From Burkholderiales bacterium (GTDB taxonomy: Bacteria > Pseudomonadota > Gammaproteobacteria > Burkholderiales > SG8-39), in assembly GCA_049582365.1 (NCBI GenBank), contig JBAUTW010000122.1, positions 26,183 through 90,182 of the forward strand: a stretch of DNA of 64,000 nt, in the 5' to 3' direction. The position numbers and the translations under genes were made by a program. Shown here piece by piece: positions 57,807 through 64,000 of this stretch (position 1 is its first letter; each line of letters opens with the position of its first letter). The notes under the pieces were generated by a model. That model saw only the letters and a program-made list of their open reading frames with translations. It searched no databases and had not been told where the DNA came from.

Positions 57807-58561
57807 ATACTCCCATTTTGAAAGTCGCGCACTTGTCGAAATCCTACGGTGGAGTGCGCGCAGTGGCGCATGTCAGTTTTGAGGTTGCGCCGGGCGAAAG
57901 ACTGGCGATGATCGGCCCCAACGGCGCCGGGAAAACGACCTGCTTCAACATGCTGAATGGTCAACTGGCTCCCGACAAGGGCAAGATCGAATTCGAGGGA
58001 CGCGACCTTGCCGGACTGAAGCCGCGGCAGGTTTGGCGACTGGGTGTAGGGCGCACCTTCCAGATTACCGAGACTTTCGGTTCGATGACGGTACGCGAAA
58101 ATGTCCAGACGGCGCTGTTGTCCCACCATCGGCGGCTGCGCTCATTGCTGACGCTTGCCGCCCGGGCGTACGCGGACGAGGCGGATGCGCTGTTGGAGCG
58201 TGTTGGCGTTCTGGATCAGGCGCCGCGCGCCTGCGCAGTGCTCTCTTACGGCGACCTGAAGCGGGTCGAGCTGGCAATCGCGCTCGCCAACCGCCCTCGC
58301 CTGCTGTTGATGGACGAACCGACCGCAGGCATGTCACCTCACGAGCGAGGAGAACTGATGCGCCTCACGAGCGAACTCACCCGGCGCGATGGTACCGCCA
58401 TGCTCTTTACCGAGCACGACATGGATGTGGTATTCAATTACGCCCAGCGTATCCTGGTGCTGAATCAGGGCGAATTGATCGCCGATGGCCGCCCCGCGGA
58501 GGTGCGAGTCAACCCGCGAGTGCGCGAGGTCTACCTCGGTAACCGCTTCGCCGATGCTTGA
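57803..58561 (+). CDS. ABC transporter ATP-binding protein (LivG-like)
   Basis: 252 aa with Walker A GPNGAGKTT, signature LSYGDLKRVELA, and Walker B LLLMDEPTAG. GTGA overlap with the permease stop. Confidence 0.9.
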   Translation: MNTPILKVAHLSKSYGGVRAVAHVSFEVAPGERLAMIGPNGAGKTTCFNMLNGQLAPDKGKIEFEGRDLAGLKPRQVWRLGVGRTFQITETFGSMTVRENVQTALLSHHRRLRSLLTLAARAYADEADALLERVGVLDQAPRACAVLSYGDLKRVELAIALANRPRLLLMDEPTAGMSPHERGELMRLTSELTRRDGTAMLFTEHDMDVVFNYAQRILVLNQGELIADGRPAEVRVNPRVREVYLGNRFADA

Positions 58562-59255
58562 GATAGAACGACTGAACTCAGCCTACGGCCTGGCGCAAGT
58601 GCTGTTCGACCTGACGCTGGACGTGCGCGCCGGTGAAGTCGCCGTGCTGCTAGGCCGCAATGGTGCTGGCAAGTCCACCTGTCTGAAATCGATCATCGGG
58701 CTGCTGCGCCCGAAGAGCGGCGCGATCCGCTTCGCCGGTCGCCGTATCGACGGGTTGGAGCCGTTCCAGATCGCCCGCCTTGGACTCGGCTACGTCCCCG
58801 AGGATCGCCGCATATTTTCCGATTTGACGGTCACGCAGAATCTCGAGGTCGGGCGACAGGCTGCACGCGGCAGGCCCTCGGAGTGGACACTCCGGCGCCT
58901 GTTCGAGCTGTTTCCGAGCCTCGGCCGGATGCAGCACCGGCTCGGCGCCCGGATGTCCGGCGGTGAACAGCAGATGCTCACCATTGCCCGCACCTTGATG
59001 GGCAACCCGAAAGCCATCCTGCTGGACGAGCCGTCCGAAGGCTTGGCGCCGCTCGTCGTCGAACAGCTGGCCAACACCGTGCTCGAGCTGAAGCGCGAAG
59101 GGTTGAGCGTGCTTCTGTGCGAGCAAAACCTGTACTTCGCGCAAACTGTCGCAGACCGGGCGTTCGTCATCGAAGGGGGCCATGTGCGCTACGCCGGCAC
59201 GATGCAGGCGCTCGCCGCCGACGTCGAGGTTCGCGACGAGTATCTATCGGTTTGA
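58554..59255 (+). CDS. ABC transporter ATP-binding protein (LivF-like)
   Basis: Start re-set to ATG 58554, an 8-nt overlap with the LivG-like gene. 233 aa with Walker A GRNGAGKST, signature MSGGEQQML, and Walker B ILLDEPSEG. Confidence 0.9.
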   Translation: MLEIERLNSAYGLAQVLFDLTLDVRAGEVAVLLGRNGAGKSTCLKSIIGLLRPKSGAIRFAGRRIDGLEPFQIARLGLGYVPEDRRIFSDLTVTQNLEVGRQAARGRPSEWTLRRLFELFPSLGRMQHRLGARMSGGEQQMLTIARTLMGNPKAILLDEPSEGLAPLVVEQLANTVLELKREGLSVLLCEQNLYFAQTVADRAFVIEGGHVRYAGTMQALAADVEVRDEYLSV

Positions 59256-59433
59256 TTTGCATCGGTCCCTGGCAGATATCGGTCGACACCTCGTTGCCGG
59301 CGGCGGCGACTAGGCTGCGGGTATCCAGTTCCATTCTGCGATAATGCGGGCCCCCGGCTTGGCACGACAATCGTCGCCGCAACGTCGATGCTGCGGAGCA
59401 CAACTTGCCGTTGACCACGGATCGCGCTTCCTC

Positions 59434-60348
59434 ATGACCCCGGCCGCAAACGACGGCAGCCTCACTCGCTACGCATGGCTCTCGGTCAGTGCGGCGCTGA
59501 CTACCATCGTGCTCAAGACCGTCGCCTGGCTTCTGACAGGGTCGGTCGGAATGCTTTCCGACGCACTCGAATCAGTGGTCAATCTGGTGGCAGCGTTGCT
59601 CGCGCTGTGGATGCTGCGCATCGCCGCCGCGCCGCCGGACAGCGACCATCCGTTCGGGCGCTCAAAGGCCGAGTATTTCGCGAGCGGTTTCGAGGGCGCG
59701 ATGATCGTTCTCGCGGCGGCAGGCATCATCTACACCGCCCTGCCGCGGCTGCTGGAGCCCCGCCAGCTAGACACGCCCGCGCTGGGCATCGCGATCTCCG
59801 TGATTGCGTCGGCAATCAACTTCTGGACCGCACGCGTGCTGCTCAAGGCAGGTGCTCGATATCACAGCATCACACTCGAAGCGGATGCGCGGCACCTCCT
59901 GACAGATGTCTGGACGTCCGCCGGAGTCCTGGGCGCGGTGGCCCTAGTGGCATTGACCGGATGGTTGCGCCTCGACCCGCTGATCGCGTTCGCGGTGGCG
60001 ATAAACATCCTGTGGACGGGAACGCGGCTGATGCGGCGTTCCGTCGCGGGATTGCTCGACGCCGCGATACCAGTGTCCGAACGCGAGGACGTCTCCAAGA
60101 TCCTGCATGAGTACACCAAGCGCTACGGCGTGGCGTTTCACGCCGTTCGCACGCGCCGCGCCGGAACGCGGCGGTTCATATCGTTTCACCTTCTGGTGCC
60201 CGACGAGTGGACGGTTAAGCACGCACATCAGATCGCGGAAGAGGTCGAAGCGCGCATCGGCGCCCTGGTGCCGAACGCCTCCGTATTCAGCCATATCGAG
60301 CCGATTTCGGATCCACGCTCCTACGACGACATGGGTCTTGATCGCTAG
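59434..60348 (+). CDS. cation diffusion facilitator (CDF) family divalent-metal efflux transporter
   Basis: Start re-set to ATG 59434, giving 304 aa. Six transmembrane segments with CDF signature regions (GSVGMLSDALESVVNL; ARHLLTDVWTS) and a C-terminal cytoplasmic domain. Confidence 0.85.
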   Translation: MTPAANDGSLTRYAWLSVSAALTTIVLKTVAWLLTGSVGMLSDALESVVNLVAALLALWMLRIAAAPPDSDHPFGRSKAEYFASGFEGAMIVLAAAGIIYTALPRLLEPRQLDTPALGIAISVIASAINFWTARVLLKAGARYHSITLEADARHLLTDVWTSAGVLGAVALVALTGWLRLDPLIAFAVAINILWTGTRLMRRSVAGLLDAAIPVSEREDVSKILHEYTKRYGVAFHAVRTRRAGTRRFISFHLLVPDEWTVKHAHQIAEEVEARIGALVPNASVFSHIEPISDPRSYDDMGLDR

Positions 60349-61481
60349 GCCGGAACTGCTTGCCGCAACGCGACGGTTTCGTAGTCCACTAGCGATGGCA
60401 CGCCCGGGGCGACGTGCATCCGTCCCGCCGCCAGCTCCATGACCACTGAGGCGACAGACTCGATGCGCGCCTCAATGGGCAGTGACGAATCCGGGCGGCG
60501 GCAAATCGATAGCAGCCCGTCAGTCTCGTCGCGCAGGATATGCTTCAAGTCCGAGACGCCGATCCTGACCCGGTTCTCAACCAGCGCCCGTGCGCGCGTC
60601 AGGCGCGGAACCGACGACAGGCTCGGTGCGAGGGCCGTCTGTCCGCGCTCGCCCTCAGGGGACAGAAAATGGTTCGTATGGCAAAGCGCTCTGCCCTCGC
60701 CCCGCACGACCTGCAGGCCTGCCGGCGAGAACTCGAGGTTCGCGGCGTCGCCCGACTCGTCGGCGCACAGAACGTTGGACGACGCGCCGAAGCCGAGAGC
60801 ACGCGCCGTCCCGATCGCCTCGGCGACGTTGCGACAACCGAGCAATGCTCTGAGCAGCGGATGCACTGGCGTGCCGGCGCGTGCGCCGTCCGCGCTCGAG
60901 CGCAGAATGTTCAGGCACACCCCGAAGCCGTGCTCGTTGAGGCCGATCTTGGCCAGCATCCCCGCCTCGGTCAGGGTGAGGCACGCGGGTGTGCCCGGAC
61001 CCCGCACCCGCAGCACCACCAGCGCGCCGCGTTGCACACCAAGCCAGTCCCAGTTCTGGGCCAGAAGCGTTTCGCCCGTCGCGCTCGCGGAGCACGGAAC
61101 CGCGATCGCCGTGCATTCCCCCAAATCCGGCACGCCGCTGGCGCGGTTGGCGGCATCGAGCTCGCGCCAGTTCGGATGCGGGTCGCCGGGAAACGTCGGC
61201 GGCAGAATCTCGGTACGCGCATTCAGCGCCAGGATCTCGTCCACCTGTCGCCCGGAGCCTTCCGCAATGCCTTCGATTTCTTCGATCAGCTGACCACCGA
61301 GGGCGTCGATTGCATCGCGATAATCTGCGCCGCGGCGCTGCGCTGCGTGCCAATTCATGCCGCAGAACGCGAACAGCCTGGCGTAAGTGGCCACCGAACG
61401 CGCCACGCGTTGCCTGGCGGCGGCGCCGTGAATGCGACCGCGCTCACGCGCGTCGCCATGCGCATCGATCACAGGGAACAT
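60345..61481 (-). CDS. peptidase C45 / acyl-CoA:6-aminopenicillanic acid acyltransferase-like Ntn hydrolase
   Basis: Start re-set to ATG 61481 (MFPVIDAHGDARERGRIHG...), about 378 aa. Candidate autoprocessing/nucleophile site LGE-CTAIAV followed by LLAQNWDW, as in C45/Ntn family members. Recognition by eye only. Confidence 0.7.
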   Translation of the reverse strand: MFPVIDAHGDARERGRIHGAAARQRVARSVATYARLFAFCGMNWHAAQRRGADYRDAIDALGGQLIEEIEGIAEGSGRQVDEILALNARTEILPPTFPGDPHPNWRELDAANRASGVPDLGECTAIAVPCSASATGETLLAQNWDWLGVQRGALVVLRVRGPGTPACLTLTEAGMLAKIGLNEHGFGVCLNILRSSADGARAGTPVHPLLRALLGCRNVAEAIGTARALGFGASSNVLCADESGDAANLEFSPAGLQVVRGEGRALCHTNHFLSPEGERGQTALAPSLSSVPRLTRARALVENRVRIGVSDLKHILRDETDGLLSICRRPDSSLPIEARIESVASVVMELAAGRMHVAPGVPSLVDYETVALRQAVPA

Positions 61482-61491
61482 GCGAATTCTC

Positions 61492-62082
61492 CTAGACGAT
61501 CCTGCATGCTTCGTCGAACTCAAAGCGAGGGTTGCGCGCGAAAACCTTCGACGGATCGCCGTATCCCAGATTCACCAGAAAATTCGACTTGAATCGTCCA
61601 TCGGGAAAGAAGGCCGCGTCTACTTTGCCGTTGTCGAAACCCGACATCGGACCGCAATCCAGCCCCAGTGCGCGCGCAGCTAGGATGAAGTACGCCCCCT
61701 GCAGCGAACTGTTGCGGAGCGCGGTCCGTTCCACCACGGCCTTCTTTTCGTCGCCTTCATAATTTTTCCTTGCTGCAGGATTGTTGGGGAAATTGCGCGG
61801 CAAATGCTCATAGAAGAGCGAGTCGTAGGCAATGATTGCGGTGACAGGAGCCTTCATTGTCTTATCGAGATTGCCGGGACTGAGCGCTGGCGCGAGCACG
61901 TCCTTGGCCGCCTTGCTCCGGACAAAGACGATCCGCATGGGCTGGCTGTTCTGCGTCGTCGGGCCCCACTTCGCCAGGTCGTAGACCTCGCGCAGCTGCT
62001 CATCGGACACCGCCTTGTCCGTAAATCCGTTCTGCGTGCGGGCGGTGCGAAACAGAACGTCGAGAGCTTTTGCGTCGATCAT
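61492..62082 (-). CDS. nitroreductase-family protein, malonic semialdehyde reductase RutE/YdjA-like
   Basis: 196 aa, [54 protein letters not shown]..., which resembles RutE-type nitroreductase-fold proteins. Confidence 0.75.
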   Translation of the reverse strand: MIDAKALDVLFRTARTQNGFTDKAVSDEQLREVYDLAKWGPTTQNSQPMRIVFVRSKAAKDVLAPALSPGNLDKTMKAPVTAIIAYDSLFYEHLPRNFPNNPAARKNYEGDEKKAVVERTALRNSSLQGAYFILAARALGLDCGPMSGFDNGKVDAAFFPDGRFKSNFLVNLGYGDPSKVFARNPRFEFDEACRIV

Positions 62083-62125
62083 TTCTTGCTCCGTTGCCTC
62101 GGTGCGCCAATGTTAGCATCGCCGC

Positions 62126-63397
62126 ATGGGTCGCATTGTTTCGTCGAGTGATATCGAGCTTGCCGGCTGGATTCGCCCCGGCGATGGCGTGATCTGGGGA
62201 CAGGCCGCAGCGGAACCGCAGACGCTTGTCGAAGCACTGGTCGCACAGCGCGCTGAATTCAGCGGTGCCCGCCCATTCATGGGAATCAGCTACTCGGGCA
62301 TCGTCCGTCCCGAGCATGCCGACCATCTCAGACTCTCGTCGTATTGCGGCGCAGGACACAATCGCGCTTTGGCGGATGCCGGCGTGCTCGACATCTGCCC
62401 CTACCCCTACTCCCAGCTTGCCGGCCTGATCCGCGAAGGACGCATCCGAGCCGATGTGGTCCTGGTCCAGGTCAGTCCGCCGAACGCGCGCGGAGAATTT
62501 AGCCTTGGACTGGCGGCCGAATATCTGGTACCCGCGCTGCAGACTGCGCGCACCGTGCTGGCGGAGATCAACGATCAGGTTCCCTGGACGTGCTGTGATC
62601 ACGTCCTGCGCGCCGAGGATATTTCCCTCGAAGTGCACACATCGCGCCTTCCGGCGTGCGGTCTGCGCGCGGAGCCGCGAGAGACGGAGCGCAGCATCGC
62701 AGCGCACGCCGCACAATACGTGGCAGACGGGTCGACGCTCGAATTCGGGCTGGGCGCACTGCCCGAAGCGGTACTCGATGCACTTGGAGACCGACGCGAC
62801 CTAGGAGTGCATTCGGGCGCCCTGGGAGACTCGATAGTCGAGCTAATGCGCAGAGGCGTGATAAACAACGCCCGCAAACCAATCGACACCGGCCGGACCG
62901 TCGGAGGGCTGCTGCTCGGGTCGCGCCGCCTGTTCGAGTTTGCGCATGAAAATTCCGCGCTCTGGCTACGCTCCGTTGAGCATACGCACGACCCGAGAAT
63001 CTTGGCTCAACTTCCCAATTTCGTCGCTATCAATTCGGCGATCGAGGTCGATCTTACTGGGCAAGTCAACGCAGAAGTGGCTAACGGAAGTTACGTGGGT
63101 GCGGTGGGCGGTGCCCTCGATTTCGTCCGCGCGGCAAACCATTCGCCGGGTGGAGTCTCTCTAGTCGTTCTGCCGTCGAGCGTCGGCAGCAGGCATTCGC
63201 GCGTGGTGTCGCAGCTATCCGGTCCTGTCGCCACGCCGCGTAGCGAAGCGGGAGTATTCGTCACCGAGTACGGGGCCGCGGACCTGCGCGGAAGAACGCT
63301 CGCGGAGCGCGCCGTGCGCATGATCGCCATCGCCCACCCGGCGTTTCGCGACGCTCTGGCCCACGCGGCGCGCGACTCGGGACTACTGCGCGGCTAA
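62126..63397 (+). CDS. acetyl-CoA hydrolase/transferase family protein (CoA-transferase)
   Basis: 423 aa. ...GDGVIWGQAAAEPQTLVEAL...ADVVLVQVSPPNARGEFSLG...INSAIEVDLTGQVNAE...GGALDF... matches the 4-hydroxybutyrate/acetate CoA-transferase family architecture. Confidence 0.78.
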   Translation: MGRIVSSSDIELAGWIRPGDGVIWGQAAAEPQTLVEALVAQRAEFSGARPFMGISYSGIVRPEHADHLRLSSYCGAGHNRALADAGVLDICPYPYSQLAGLIREGRIRADVVLVQVSPPNARGEFSLGLAAEYLVPALQTARTVLAEINDQVPWTCCDHVLRAEDISLEVHTSRLPACGLRAEPRETERSIAAHAAQYVADGSTLEFGLGALPEAVLDALGDRRDLGVHSGALGDSIVELMRRGVINNARKPIDTGRTVGGLLLGSRRLFEFAHENSALWLRSVEHTHDPRILAQLPNFVAINSAIEVDLTGQVNAEVANGSYVGAVGGALDFVRAANHSPGGVSLVVLPSSVGSRHSRVVSQLSGPVATPRSEAGVFVTEYGAADLRGRTLAERAVRMIAIAHPAFRDALAHAARDSGLLRG

Positions 63398-64000
63398 CGG
63401 AAATCACGCAGCGCCGGGACGGTCCAGAACGGTGCCGCGGCGAGGGCGATAAAGCACAGCGCAAAAGTGAATCCGACGCGATAGCCGCCAGTAAGGTCAT
63501 GCAGCACGCCGCCCATAAGCGAGCCGAATGCGGCGCCAAGCGAGTTGGTGGCGAATATGGTGCCGTAGATGGTGGCGACCCTAGGGCCGGCGAAATATTT
63601 CGTGCACACCGACGAGATGATCGGACCACGCACGCCTTGGCACAGGCCGAACACGATCACGTACGCGATCAGCAGTGCGGGAAACGCGCCGCCGGCAAGT
63701 GCCATCAGGATCACGATTCCAGTCGCCGTTCCGGCGAAACTCGCCGATATGGTCTGGCGCATGCCGAACCGGTCGGACAGCAAGCCGCTTCCCGTTACGC
63801 TGATCACCGACAGCATTCCAACGAAGCCGAACGCCGTCGCCGCAGTGAGTGGCGAAAATCCGATGTCGATAAGAAATGCCACAGTCTGCACGATAATCGT
63901 GAACATTCCCGCAGCAGTGCAGAAAAACGCCTGTGCCATCGCCCAATAAATGCGCGTGCCCACGGCAGCGCGCAAGGTCCAGCCGCCCGTTGACGCCTCC
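63394..64000 (-). CDS. MFS transporter, C-terminal ~200 aa (5' part lies beyond the right edge)
   Basis: Hydrophobic helices (...MFTIIVQTVAFLIDIGFSPLTAATAFGFVGMLSVISVTGSGLLSDRFGMR...). The frame stays open upstream of the listed TTG 63975 to the window end, so the gene is truncated by the window. Confidence 0.7.
   Translation of the reverse strand, partial: EASTGGWTLRAAVGTRIYWAMAQAFFCTAAGMFTIIVQTVAFLIDIGFSPLTAATAFGFVGMLSVISVTGSGLLSDRFGMRQTISASFAGTATGIVILMALAGGAFPALLIAYVIVFGLCQGVRGPIISSVCTKYFAGPRVATIYGTIFATNSLGAAFGSLMGGVLHDLTGGYRVGFTFALCFIALAAAPFWTVPALRDFR

Noticed and set aside
59256-59433. Possible metal-sensing riboswitch (NiCo/czcD-type or Mn yybP-ykoY-type) or MerR/ArsR operator in the 178-bp leader of the CDF transporter gene.
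   Set aside because: Only short, imperfect stems are present (CCGCA...TGCGG; CGAC-AATC-GTCG). I recognised no conserved riboswitch core sequence and no convincing long palindrome. A covariance-model scan would be needed to exclude one.

Overview
GC-rich, densely packed chromosomal window, about 93% coding. It is dominated by core housekeeping genes whose order matches the classic proteobacterial layout. Several features suggest a betaproteobacterium, which is an inference: the DapC-type dap cluster, smc-zipA-ligA, scpAB instead of mukBEF, and a Pro-Arg-His tRNA operon.

Gene content from left to right:
- 1-13.2 kb (minus strand): the envelope/translation supercluster lpxB(partial)-lpxA-fabZ-lpxD-skp-bamA-rseP-dxr-cdsA-uppS-frr-pyrH-tsf-rpsB.
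- 13.4-16.8 kb (plus): map-glnD.
- 16.8-26.5 kb (minus): def, a purine/methylthio-nucleoside salvage pair, a DsrE-like protein, then galU-ligA-zipA-smc.
- 26.6-32.4 kb (plus): queF-dapC-dapD-[pilU-like ATPase]-dapE-prmB.
- 32.4-32.7 kb (minus): tRNA-Pro/Arg/His operon.
- 32.9-33.3 kb (plus): dksA.
- 33.4-41.8 kb (minus): rimP-nusA-infB-rbfA-truB-rpsO-pnp.
- 41.9-49.6 kb (minus): a co-directional string of dadA-like gene, hydrolase, yciV, yciO, M50 protease, trpS, scpA, scpB, rluB.
- 49.7-64 kb: the only accessory-looking part. It holds a gamma-carbonic-anhydrase-like protein, an SDR, a ~1150-aa fused iron-sulfur flavoprotein, a Liv-type ABC importer, a CDF metal exporter, a C45 Ntn-hydrolase, a RutE-like nitroreductase, a CoA-transferase and a partial MFS gene.

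I found no mobile elements, CRISPR arrays, integrases, toxin-antitoxin pairs or recognisable defence systems. I cannot honestly point to a clear new multi-gene system.

The best candidates for follow-up:
- the fused NfnB/GltD-like plus NfnA/PyrK-like giant flavoprotein, with its unassigned N-terminal domain and a strikingly symmetric operator-like element upstream;
- the orphan PilU-like ATPase wired into the dap operon;
- the C45/RutE-like/CoA-transferase/MFS cluster.

Many ORF-track starts are over-extended. I re-set them using homology-expected N-termini, Shine-Dalgarno (SD) sequences and start/stop coupling. All calls come from reading the translations and DNA by eye; no searches were run.
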